A stretch of 64,000 nucleotides of DNA from Octopus vulgaris (GCA_951406725.2 OX597833.1:68882001-68946000); one strand, 5' to 3'. Positions 1 to 11,450 are shown, numbered from the stretch's first letter. The notes: generated from the sequence alone by a model not told the origin. Translations and numbers: made by a program.

Positions 1-206
1 GACGCCACCCCGCTGGCTAAGCGAGCAGGCCAACAGAAGAAATAGTGAGAGAAAGAGTACAGCAGGGATCACCACCACCCTGCCGGAGCCTCGTGAAGCT
101 TTTAGGTATTTTCGCTCAATAAACACACACAACGCCCGGTCAGGGAATCGAAACCGCGATCCTACGACCGCGAGTCCGATACACTAACCACTGGGCCATT
201 GCGCCT
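1..206 (-). mobile_element. tRNA-derived SINE, family D (truncated by window edge)
   Basis: Reverse complement starts GGCGCAATGGCCCAGTGGTTAG (A box) ... GGTTTCGATTCC (B box); head and body nearly identical to 18930-19090. Confidence 0.85.
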
Positions 207-311
<105 letters not shown>

Positions 312-368
312 GCAGAATTTGAACTTTCAAACCTAGTTTATTCCCAGTTAGCTTATTCATAATAATTG

Positions 369-457
369 TCCGACAAGTGTTTCGATCCTACTAACTGCAT
401 ATCGTTGCATATTTATATGCAACGATTTATGTATTATTAGTACTATCTCTTCAGGGT
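369..457 (-). ncRNA. Type I hammerhead ribozyme-like motif with extended stem II
   Basis: Minus strand: CC-CUGAAGA-GAU...(~60 nt incl. perfect 12-bp hairpin 401-426)...AUC-GAAAC-ACUU-GUC-GG; stem I is only 2 bp. Confidence 0.6.
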
Positions 458-515
458 ATATATGTCCTTTTTTAAAGAAGAATTTTCCTCCCTTATTAGT
501 TTGAATTATGACCTT

Positions 516-800
516 TCACCGATGAGCTGTTTTTCTCAACTGATTACTTGGGTTACATTCAGCAGCTGTAGTATTTGTTTTTTTACCTTTTTTCCCCTTT
601 ACAAAGCCACTGTGTACGATGATTAACATTTCAATAGAAGATACATTTTTCGTCACCAGTCTCAAGTCTATCCAAAAAGGGGGAAATGAGTTCGCGAGAA
701 TGGAGAGAAAAGCAAATGTCAACTCGGGATTATCCTCGACCAATCAACAAATTTTCCAAAACAGATATTAATTAGAGCCATGTTCATTTTACAGGAACAA
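516..800 (-). pseudogene. Possible degenerate fibrinogen-domain (FReD) segment
   Basis: ANSFPPFWIDLRLVTK...MLIIV...GKK resembles GFG..EFWLGL..LT...L.I.L..G; weak, by eye. Confidence 0.25.
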
Positions 801-1289
801 GGCAATTTTTGAATTCCAATTAAAAAGAAGACAGTTGCAGCCAATCTCCAGGTATTTTATTCTTAGCTTTTGAAAATGAGAGAAATCTGAAAACGGTTAA
901 GTCTTTAATATAATTTAAAATAAACTTTGAATTATGTGTGTGTTTGTGTGTGTGTGAGGGTGTATGTGTGCGTGTGTGTGTCACGCACCACCGCTTGAAA
1001 ACAGTGTTCTTATGAATCAACGGATCATCATAAAGAACTGACAGATTACTTACCAGGTTTTAAAAATCATAAGTGCGGGCGGGTGGCGATTCATTCGGCT
1101 AAGCAGTTCTGCAGGGTACCTAATCTTATTTACAGCGCCGAGTCGACCCATTCTTTTTGAATGTAACTGAGCATGTAGAGATTTGAAGGAACTCAAAACT
1201 ACAGCTTGATTAAGACGGAAATATATTGAGTCTTCTCCAGCAATTATTTTAAGAGTGCACGTGACTTTGTAATCTTTAGTCAAAAACTA

Positions 1290-1500
1290 GTTTTGTCGAG
1301 GACGATATTTTTTAAAGTTAAACGCAGAATACACACTCTAGAAACCGATGTGGATCCACTTCAAAATACTTTTTTTCTTACTAATAAGATTGTAAACAAT
1401 TTATATTATATTTGTATCGTGTGTGAAAATCATAATGAAAATAATCGGTACGTTTATTGGTTAACAACACCAGATTCACATCCGATCCCCTGACATTTCC
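1290..1500 (+). pseudogene. Degenerate FReD segment
   Basis: FFLTNKIVNNL...ENHNENNRYVYW resembles FWLGN..IH.LT...D..G..RYA.Y. Confidence 0.3.
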
Positions 1501-1904
1501 ATCGATTATATCTCTGGCTAGCTTTAATATATTTTGACCATATTGAGGAGACTTTTGATCTCGCCTTCATGGTCAAGACATGCAATAAATATTTTTACCA
1601 CACCATTTTGTAAATTAGTTTCCACATACCATAAATCTATTTTTTATTATATTTTCCTGCGTTTATTGATTTTTACTTATCACTATTCATTTCATATTAA
1701 GTGTTTTTAGTATTGCAGTAATGGAGAAACAATATATTATTTTGAAGATATTTGGGAATCAATTTTTATTACCATTGCTCTATCCTTAACTAGATGATAT
1801 TGCTGTCCTTCTATAGGTATACACAGACACAGTTACATCCATATAATACATATTCACCCATTAGAGTCACACATGCAATATATATATATATATAAAAAAA
1901 AAAT

Positions 1905-2189
1905 CAGTGTAGATTATGCTAAAATAATTTTATAAAAAACATTTCAGTACCGGTTTCGATCACTGAGACTTTTTAAACTCTAAGTATGGAAAACAATTGA
2001 ATTTTGAAAGAACAGTTGCATAATATTCAAATACTGGAGTAATTTCCTTGATTCTGACTGTCTCTGTCTCTCTTGTGTACTCTTTTGGGTAAATAATAGA
2101 TACAAAACTTTGTTTTCCATACTTACAATTGAAAAAGTATCAATGTCCGAAACCGGTACGGAAGTTTCTTTCTACCTTGACATTTTTCC

Positions 2190-2190
<1 letters not shown>
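1905..2190. mobile_element. Fold-back element with two inverted hammerhead-like motifs, flanked by (TA)n
   Basis: 1947-1996 and 2110-2159 are inverted copies; merged consensus CAG-UUGAAAA-A-GUC(ucaau)GAC-C-GAAA-CCG-GUA-CUG. Confidence 0.55.
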
Positions 2191-2220
<30 letters not shown>

Positions 2221-2258
2221 ACTCCGAATCAAGAACAAATTCTATGAAAAGTACAACA

Positions 2259-2423
2259 GGCGCAGGAGTGGCTGTGTGGTAAGTAGCTTGCTAAGCAACC
2301 ACATGGTTCCGGGTTCAGTCCCACTGCGTGGCATCTTGGGCAAGTGTCTTCTGCTATAGCCCCGGGCCGACCAATGCCTTGTGAGTGGATTTGGTAGACG
2401 GAAACTGAAAGAAGCCTGTCGTA

Positions 2424-2470
<47 letters not shown>

Positions 2471-2517
2471 TAGCCTAAGTGCTTTACTATAGCCTTGTGA
2501 GTGGATTTGGTAGACGG

Positions 2518-2565
<48 letters not shown>

Positions 2566-2762
2566 TCCCCATAGCATTGCTTGACAACCGATGCTGGTGT
2601 GTTTACGTCCCCGTCACTTAGCGGTTCGGCAAAAGAGACCGATAAAATAAGTACTGGGATTACATAAGAATAAGTCCTGGGGTCGATTTGCTCGACTAAA
2701 GGCGGTGCTCCAGCATGGCCGCAGTCAAACGACTGAAACAAGTAAAAGAGTAAAAAAGAGAG
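2259..2762 (+). mobile_element. tRNA-derived SINE, family A (internal microsatellite, internal duplication)
   Basis: GGCGCAGGAGTGGCTGTGTGGTAAG head, GGTTCAGTCCC B box, CTTGGGCAAGT CORE-like block, tail CCAGCATGGCCGCAGTC...GAAACAAGTAAAAGAG; several near-identical copies in window. Confidence 0.92.
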
Positions 2763-3002
2763 TCGAAGGAACATTCATTGTCAATGCTACTAAATGGACT
2801 CCAAAGGAAAGAAGAAATAGAGTAAAAAACATATAAAGTAAAATGTTAACGTTTCTGAAAGATATATAAAGATATATAAAGGAGAGTCGAGGGAGAGAGG
2901 AACGCAGAAACGATTGGTCTCACTTGCCCCCCCCCCTCTCTCATTGTATATATAAGAAGACCACTGAGGTATAAACGATTATGTAAAGAACTACGTGCGA
3001 TT

Positions 3003-3195
3003 GCAGCTGTTTCTGTTATAGGATGTGGCGAGTTCGTAGCTGAGTACCTGAGTTACACTTCACAATTTCGTTAGAACTTCAATGAGATATGCGCACTTCG
3101 ACTTTTAGACTTTGTATGAAATCGTATGCTGTTACTCAGGCTCTCAACTACAAGTCCACTGCATCCTATAATAAACACAGCCTCAAACTCATGAA
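3003..3195. repeat. Imperfect fold-back, possibly a decayed long-stem-II hammerhead element
   Basis: 3006-3057 pairs with 3130-3181; minus strand ends GAAACAGCUGCA. Confidence 0.5.
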
Positions 3196-3394
3196 GATCA
3201 TAAGTTGATTGTTTTTCTTTTCCCATCATTTTCCTTATTATCGTGGTGTAATAACGCTTTCTTCAGAAGCATACGAATAGTGAATTCTTCAACTGAGTAT
3301 TAATAACGCCATTTATAAGTGAAATATTAAAACACAGTCACACACACGTATACATACCCAACCATACGCATACATGCATACATATACAAATTAA

Positions 3395-3620
3395 TATTTT
3401 CCATGCTGACATGGGTTTTATATCTTGACAGAAACTGGCGAGGTAAGGAACCGCCCGCAAGACCCACAGTCTGGTTTTCCATGGTCTCTACAGTTGGATG
3501 TCCTTCCTAATACCAACCATTTGACATAGTATACTGGGTGCTGTTTACGTGGCACCATCATCTGTTCTCTTTACGAGGCACCAACACCAATGCTTTTTAC
3601 GTGGAATATGCACCCTGATC
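3395..3620 (-). mobile_element. Old SINE/LINE-derived repeat fragment
   Basis: Minus strand GGTGCCACGTAAACAGCACCCAG...TTAGGAAGGACATCCAACTGTAGAGACC, a motif I recall from cephalopod repeats; no second copy in window. Confidence 0.5.
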
Positions 3621-3914
3621 GTTTTCCATATCTGATGCATATATTGAATATTCCCTTACAGATGTGTCCAATTTATAGAATTTTAACTTTTCTCTCTCTC
3701 CACTCTTTATACGAGTATTTATTTGTATAATTACTCGTTGGTGAACTCACATTTTTATCTCTTTCTTTCCAGATATGTGTGTGTGTGAGTGGGAAAAGGT
3801 TGAACTATATTTCGTCCTTTAATTTGGAGGATTCCAAAATAGATTTCGAATAAAGATTCTTCCTATTTTGCTGGTAAATTAGCGAATATGAAAATAATTG
3901 TATATGGTGTGTAA

Positions 3915-4081
3915 TGTGAATTTATGGAAAAGAATTCCATAAAACTCAACAGATTTGTTAAAAATGGAGAAGAGAAGATGTTAAAATGTAAGATAATTTT
4001 AATTCTCTTACATTAATATTTTCTGTTCTCAATTTCTAAGAAATTTGTTCAGTTTTATGGATTCCTATCCATAAATTCACA
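3915..4081. repeat. ~165-bp imperfect palindrome (MITE-like fold-back)
   Basis: TGTGAATTTATGGA...TCCATAAATTCACA; arms align along their full length. Confidence 0.8.
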
Positions 4082-4859
4082 CACACACACACACGTACGC
4101 ACGCACATATGTAAAAGCACAGTTGAGAATAGAAGATCCTTCGAAGAGAGTCAGTGAAGTCTTACAGCTTTCATATAATAACCCTATCTAACCGCTCTAA
4201 CCATGGTAGCCAGTCCTATATGAGATAGTGTTTCGCTTTCTCCAAATAAATTAAAGTTGAATATCACCACATGTCTAACAATCCGACATATATATATATA
4301 TATATATATATATAAACACACACACAAGATATGTATATTTAGATTTAAAATAATTCCTGTTATAACGACACACGAGTAAAATAATTATTTCATTAACCAC
4401 TATGATTAAAAGCTTGTTTACTTAATTAAGTTGTTCCAGTAAATTTCACACATTGTGGTAATTACGTACGCCAGGAGTAGACAAGAATCCTGACATGTTG
4501 GGCAAACGTATAGGTTTACAAGTGCAAATATTTTGAAGACCATTTTGAATTATAATTAAAATCTAATTTACATTATTCATTCTGTAATGAATTCAGATTC
4601 TATCCAGAAAAAGTATCTATTTTATTTAGATGAAAGCCGAATACGGTTATATTATAATTATAGATATTTACTTTCACACTTCGAAGAATATATTTAAATT
4701 CAATTCAGTTATTGGATTTATGTATATATATATATATATATATATATGTAAATACATAACGAGGAAATATGATTGAAATAAATGAAATATTCAACAGTGT
4801 AAATGTATCTATCTTTTAATAGCTTTGGTGTTTACAACAACAATAATATTAATGATTCT

Positions 4860-5100
4860 TACTAAAGGCAAAAGGCCTGGAATTTGGGAGGATAAGACTA
4901 GTTGATTACATCGAGTCAGTATACCACTGGTACTTAATTTATAGACCCCATTATCCAACTGGAGCATAAGTTATCGACCCCATAAGGAAGAAAAGCAAAA
5001 CTGACCTCTGCGGAATTTCAATCAATCTCAGAAAATAAAGACGGATGAAAATCCACAAACATTTTACCCGGCGTGCTAACAATTCTGCCAGCTCACCACC
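4860..5100 (-). mobile_element. SINE family B, old subfamily
   Basis: Diverged match to family B head and body, with the old-type tail. Confidence 0.7.
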
Positions 5101-5101
5101 T

Positions 5102-5275
5102 TAATAATAGCAATATTAATAATAATAATAATAACAATAATAACAATAAGAAGAAGGAGAGGAGGAGAAGAAGAAGAATTGGAAGAAGACGAAGAAGAAG
5201 AAAAAGCAGAAGAAAAGAAGAAAAAAAGAACAAGAAGAAGAAAAAAAAGATGAAAAGGAAAAAGAAGAAGAAGAG
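5102..5275. repeat. (AAT)n/(AAG)n low-complexity tract
   Basis: Direct reading. Confidence 0.9.
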
Positions 5276-5439
5276 ACCCCTAAAACACGAGTGAAACAAA
5301 CCAGCACTACGCAGATCAGTTTGTGGTGTCTGCCTTCTCTCCTGATGCAACTTGGTCATTGGTGTCTCTTTCACTAATGCATCCGCCCGTTAACAATGTC
5401 TTATATTTAGTTCAATCATGGTCTTAAGCTTTCCGTGGC

Positions 5440-5900
5440 ATGCATGCTGGGTAGAATTGCTACAATAAGTTGCCAAGCACCCAGTGATCCAAAGGTTTCG
5501 AGATTCAGCTCTTGGCACGATGCATGGTCAAAGATACAAATAAACACCTGTCCATTTTCGTCTAGAATGATTTGTAAGCATATCTTAACATGCAACTTCT
5601 CAAAGAGTACTGTATAAACACGGTTGTGTAAAAAGTAAATATGAAATCCATAACTAAAGGTTTCTTTTAACATAAGATAAATTCTAAAGATTCTGTGTAT
5701 CCACTAATGTATTACTCAGTTGATTAATGGAATTATTCGTTCCTAAAATTAACAGAAGGATTTTAAAAGTAAACGGGGTAACCAGTTAAATGAAATTTTA
5801 TTCACTGAACTGTAATAATTTCGTTCAACTGGGTTGAGTACACAGTAAACTTCAGTTCTGCGGCATTTGATCGCAAAACGTAAATAAGACCGTAGGCAAG
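5440..5900 (-). pseudogene. Degenerate FReD segment
   Basis: GLIYVLRSNAAE / EVYCVL, then SYGFH.YFLHN...LQIILDENGQVFICIFDH...SLG; motifs in FReD order across frameshifts. Confidence 0.45.
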
Positions 5901-6142
5901 CACCGAAAGATATTTCATCTAAAGTTCCAATGGTTATATCGATCTACCGCAAGCATTTAAGACATATGCTTGTAAGAAATGTCGATAAAATGAGGAATCT
6001 TGGCGTTTTGTTGTCTTTGTCAATATTGCAACAACGACAGCACAATACCCCTTATATATATGTATATATATATACATACACATACATATATATATATATG
6101 CCTACGCATATTGGCAAATACTAATTTATGTGTGTGTATGTA

Positions 6143-6182
<40 letters not shown>

Positions 6183-6319
6183 TTGTACGCTGCAGATATA
6201 AAAAGTAGTTAAGTAAATTACATTTTCTATAAATGTGAACATATGTTTTCTTTCCTGTGTGATTAGATACAAATCGATGTGAATATATATTAGAACAAAG
6301 ACTTAACATTACGGCTTTC

Positions 6320-6810
6320 TTGTTAACATATGGAGCCATATTTGTCTTGACGATTTACATGCATAAGTGTGTTGTAGTTAATTTAATAGCAAGCTGTCTA
6401 CTTCGATCTATTGAAGATACATTCAGTAGTAAATGTGATGATAAAAATAACGAAAAAAATCAAAATGAAAACAATAATACTTTGGACAGTTATATAATAC
6501 TTAATTAGCTCGTTGGATGTTGCAGGAAGCTTATGTTCTATATGCATCATTAAAGGTTTCATTTCGTTGACATCTGTTTACAGTCTGTTTAATGCTGTCA
6601 AATCCTATTCATTACTAAACGTCAAGTTTTCTTTTCTTTTTCGTCTTAAATATATTTTTTTTTCTTCTTCTTTTGCTTTATTGTTGGCAATTATAATGCA
6701 GAACTGTATTTGTAAGGAAGGTGTCTTTAACGTCTTGTTACAGTTAATGTATGCATTATACTGTTTGAGGACTGACACGTCTCTTCTCTTCTTAATATCT
6801 TCGCAATAAA
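6320..6810 (-). pseudogene. Degenerate FReD segment
   Basis: YCEDIKK...IQFC...IYLRRKRKENLTF...NEMKPLMMHIEHKL...SNEL with in-frame stops. Confidence 0.35.
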
Positions 6811-7122
6811 TATAGGAAGTAAATGAAAGTGAAATTTACTAATGGAAGGTACACACACAAACACACACACATACATACTTATAGGTATGCATGTATAAGG
6901 AACACAAGAAGCGTTTCATAATTTTTACTATATGTTTATAGTCATCCTGTGTTAATGGTATTTAATTTAGCAATGCATGTGGTGGAAATTTAAATAATAT
7001 ATATCGATATTAAGTAAATTGATATCATGTTTGAGGCTTCAAACGAGAAGAAGCGATAGCATTTATGGTTCTTTTCTCATCGTATTTATTGCTCTGTACT
7101 TATTGTTTATTCAGGGTAACTG

Positions 7123-7260
7123 AAGGTGCGTGGCTTAGTGGTTTGGGTATGACGCTTCCGACTGGAAGGTCGCAATTTCTATTCCAGTATTTGGCGATAT
7201 GTTGTGTTCTTGAGCAAATCATTCATTCCACGTCACTCCAGTCTACTCAGCCCTATATAA
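7123..7260 (+). mobile_element. tRNA-derived SINE, family C (diverged)
   Basis: GGTGCGTGGCTTAGTGG head and GTGTTCTTGAGCAA block; related copies near 28530, 32605, 63958. Confidence 0.65.
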
Positions 7261-7711
7261 GGAAGGCTACGACAATCTGGCGTCGCTCCCCCCTCCCCCC
7301 GGAGAATATTCTGATCTCGGTCACTTCTCCACAATAGAAACAGCATAACTGCTTCTATAATCCCTAGGACTCGAAAGAGTAATTTCTGGGGGTTGCAAAT
7401 GATGATGGTCTGGGAAGAGGAAAGGGAGAGGTTATGTTTATAATAGAAATCCGAGTAAAATGCTTGCAACAGAGTGAACGTCACCTCAAGCCTCCAATAT
7501 TTCAGATGGTAATGATATGCCTGCTGACAGTTTCGGTATACCGCCCAAGTAAGCCTCACAGAATTCGAACACGGAATTCACAAAGCCATAACAAATGATG
7601 AAGTTCATATTATGACATTTTTACATTTCCACCAATCCATCAAGTTTGGCATTTTTTTTCTGTCGACCACTAAATTGTGCTGTAAAGAGTTGACTTCGAC
7701 AAGGTTTGCAT

Positions 7712-8002
7712 CTAGGACGGGATGGGCAAGAGGCAATCATGTTTGACCTGAGTCAAGTCCAGGTTTGCAGCAGATAGGACCAAAGAAATCAGAACATCTT
7801 TGGTTACATTGGACGAAAGATTTGGTGTAACATGCAGCTCTAGGTACCATCTTTCCGTTGCAGTTCCAAATGAATTAGGCAGTAGGAAGCTACAGCAGTA
7901 TTTATTTTCCGAAGTTCCGTAGTGAATCGCAAAGCAGATATTACGGAGTGAACAGCTTAACCCACAAACACAGGAGTGTGCCCAAATGACGTGGCTGGTC
8001 AT
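7712..8002 (-). pseudogene. Degenerate FReD segment (open for 96 codons)
   Basis: NSFGTATERWYLELHVTPNLSS...LISL resembles NGFG...EYWLGL..IH.LTS...L.I.L. Confidence 0.4.
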
Positions 8003-8035
8003 TTATTGATAACGTAATGATTGTCTCCTTGAAGC

Positions 8036-8231
8036 ACGTGGCTGTGCTGAAAAGTTCCTGGCCTCAGGTGAAAGAATATACAGGAGGATCAGTTATGATT
8101 TTATTCAACATATTCCTCTTTGAGATTCACATAGTTATTGTAGCAATCCTTCAGCTTTTCTCAGCCCTGTAAAAAGAAATTAGTCTCTCCCGACAACCTT
8201 AAAGGCAGGAACTCTTCAGTAGTTCCTTGTA
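8036..8231. mobile_element. Mariner-type MITE
   Basis: Terminal inverted repeats GCTGAAAAGTTCCTGGC / GCAGGAACTCTTCAG..GTA; same TIR family as 39145-39518. Confidence 0.7.
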
Positions 8232-8304
8232 TGTAGATAGATAGATAGATAGATAGATAAATTCAGGTTCAGTTAAATTAAGTATTTATGTTGAGGTACC
8301 AAGT

Positions 8305-9066
8305 TGAAGAAGAAGTAGAATGAAAAGAAGTGGAAATGAGAAGAAGAAGAAGAATAAGAATGAGAAGAAGAATGAGAAGAAGAATAAGAATAAGAAGGAG
8401 AATGAGAAGGAGAATGAGGAGAAGAAGAAGGAGAATGAGAAGGAAGAAGAAGAAGAAGAAGAAGAAGAAGAAGAATGAGAAGAAGAATAAGAATGAGAAG
8501 AAGAATGAGAAGAAGAATGAGAAGAAGGAGAAGAATGAGAAGAAGAAGAAGAATGAGAAGAAGAGGAAGAAAGAGAAAAAGAAGAATGAGAAGGAGTAGA
8601 AGAAGAAGGAGAAGAAGAAGAATGGGAAGAAGAAGAATGAGAAGAAGAATGAGAAGAAGAAGAAGAAGAATGAGAAGAAGAAGAAGAAGAAGGAGAAGAA
8701 TGGGAAGAAGAAGAAGAATGGGAAGAAGAAAAATGAGAAGAAGAGGAAGAAAGAGAGGAGAAGAATGAGAAGGAGAAGAAGAAAGGGAAGAAGAAGAAGA
8801 AGAAGAAGGAGAATGATAAGAAATAGAAGAAGAAGAATGAGAAGAAGAAAAGAAGAAGAATGAAAAGAAGAAGAGGAAGAAGATGAATGAAAAGAAGAAG
8901 AAGAAAAGAAGAAGAAGAAGAAGAATGAGAATAATAATAACAAGAAGAAGAAGAATGAGAATAATAATAAGAAGAAGAAGAAAAAAAAGAAAAAGAAAAA
9001 AGGAAAAAAAAGAAGAAAAAAGGAAAAAAAAGAAGAAAAAAGAAGAAAAAGAAGAGAAAGAAGAAA
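8305..9066. repeat. ~760-bp (GAA)n-derived purine-rich tract with GAAGAATGA subunits
   Basis: Direct reading; almost no C on the + strand. Confidence 0.97.
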
Positions 9067-9433
9067 TTACACTCACAGAAACAGTCCTGCACTTCTTTAC
9101 ATACACACATGTATGAATCTTAATATTCATAAATATATTTACATGATGGACATTTTTATTACTTCTCACGTATTTCAGTCGTCAGACTGCAGTCATGCAG
9201 GATCGGAAAATTTTTAGTCGAATGTGTGCGGATGTGTGATTTGTTTTTCAAGTTAATATTTTTGTCTTCAAAAACGTTATTTGCTATGTTGTATTGAAAC
9301 AATTGTAACAAAAGAATTAAGAATAAAGCCAGAAATACCATTTTTTGCTCTTACACAAACACATATAGGACGTTGTCTATACATATGCGCGCGCATGCTG
9401 ATGCATATACCATAAATATAATCTCTCTCCCTC

Positions 9434-9474
<41 letters not shown>

Positions 9475-9845
9475 TGAGATAGGGGTTGTAAATGCAACCC
9501 TCCATGGGATAACATATATCCAATATACTGCTAGTGAAGTACCCAACAAAGTTAATACATAAATTTTAAGGATTGCGATGCAATCACTTCATTTACTGTA
9601 TTATATGGGCAAAGGTAAAATGATTTGCCACAAATTACTAATACAAGATAAGAAAATGGAGAAATACATCTAAATCAAATATCAATTACCAGATAATACT
9701 CAATCACATACTTTATTAAACCACCACATAAGTAATCTATACTTATATTTATATTTACTTATATGTATATTCTCTTTTTATATATATTCTACTTATTATA
9801 CAACATTACCCTTTTATGTACACTTTTTTATGTACATTCCTTTAC

Positions 9846-9897
<52 letters not shown>

Positions 9898-9898
<1 letters not shown>

Positions 9899-10068
9899 TA
9901 GATTTCACATAAAAGAAAGAATGGACGAAGACAGGTGGTGTAGACAACAAACAGATGTATTAGTATAACGCTCGGAAAATGAAAAAAATCTTTAACGATT
10001 AGAGTCTACGCTCTTCTACAGAAAGGAATACAGAAAGAAAATGAAGAGAAAAAAGTAAAGAGAGAATA
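9898..10068 (-). mobile_element. Short hammerhead-bearing element (decayed) inside (TA)n
   Basis: Minus 10025-9990: CUUU-CUGUAGA-A-GAG(cguaga)CUC-UAAU-CGUU-AAAG; same family as 39755-39915. Confidence 0.55.
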
Positions 10069-10509
10069 TATATATATATACACGTTCACCCAGAAAGCAT
10101 TTTTGTACTTGTGCATGTGTCTGTATGTGTTTGTGTGTTTTATTATTTTGAAATACTTTAAGTTTAAGTTGCCTTCTGAAAGCTCTCGACAGCCAGTTGT
10201 GTTTCCCGACACACACACACACGCGCACACGCCCACACCTATTTTCTTGGAACTGACACTCGGATTATAGTAGGTGTTTATGAAGGATTAAATGCAAATA
10301 TGTGAAATATTTTATAAGTTTATAATCCCTATGCTGTATTTACTAGATCTTTCTTCTTTTATTATTATTATTGTAATTTTTTTTTTTAAATTTTTGCACT
10401 TCTAATTCAAAGCTTTCAATTTAATATTATGACTTAACCGGAAGGATGATTTTAAAATATAACAAATAAATAAATCGAAAAAAATATGCATTCAAATTTG
10501 ATAAACAGA

Positions 10510-11450
10510 TGTAGCAAAATTATAAATATTTTAAAAAGACATAAAATATAAATCAAGCGAAGAAATAATGGATTACAGATCAAACTCATGATCGCTGCCA
10601 AAATATTTTGAGAAGCAACAATAAACAATATCTAAAAACAGAATTTGATGGCTCACAGAAATTTCTGTCTTATATCAAAATATGGAAATTACATTTTTTG
10701 TAGAAATATGAGATAATAGTTCAAATTGTCAAGTATTCCTTTGTTATTATACTTACAGTCTACAAATGAAGTCATAAGAAATTCGTCTTCTTGAGCTGAA
10801 TAGCTTAAGAAGCCGGATTTGCATGTACTGGATTTTGATTTCAATCCCACTGAAGAGCACTTTAAGCAAGTGTCTGTTTCTATAACCTTGAGCTAATTAA
10901 TGCTTTGTCAGTGAGTCTGGAAGGCAGAAAATTTGTGAAGACCCATCATATATATTCGCGTGCGTGCCTGAGGAAACGAAGCTTACCTGTTGTATATTTA
11001 TCCGGGAAATTAGCGGTTCAACGAAAGTGACAAATATAATAGGTATCAGACTTTAAAATAAAAGACAGTACTAGGGTCGGGGAAAAACTGCGTGCTATAT
11101 CCGGAAAGTCGAACCAGCACTGTAGATCATCTCTCACTATCGTTGAAAATTTTTAGAGAAATGTAGTGAGAAACGATTCAATGAGGATGGATATTTTTGA
11201 ATACAATGACTCGAATAAATATGAGAAATCCTTTGTAGTAAGTATTCCTACATCTACGGAAGTACATATTTCGATACAACACTGATATCATAAAAAATGC
11301 GCCTCGATAGATATATGTGAAACGAAAATCAGAGGGTTGGCTTTTAAAAGTACGATGAAATGACATGAATGACCACAGCATAAAACAAATTTGATACGTA
11401 TCATAGCATCTGGCTTTGTACTTAAATTTGAAATCAATATTTATCATAGC
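10510..11450 (+). pseudogene. Degenerate two-part FReD unit (10510-10730 and 11230-11450) with a SINE between
   Basis: IKRRNNG...EF...LISKYGNYIF; then YGSTYFDT...CETK..GWLLK...SIW...LKSI. Confidence 0.35.
10780..11080 (+). mobile_element. SINE family A, strongly diverged
   Basis: CCCACTG..GCAAGTGTC..TAGCGGTTCAACGAAAG remnants. Confidence 0.6.

Noticed and set aside
8273-9169. Long ORFs of 221-298 aa
   Set aside because: Translations of the GAA/TTC repeat; no coding signal
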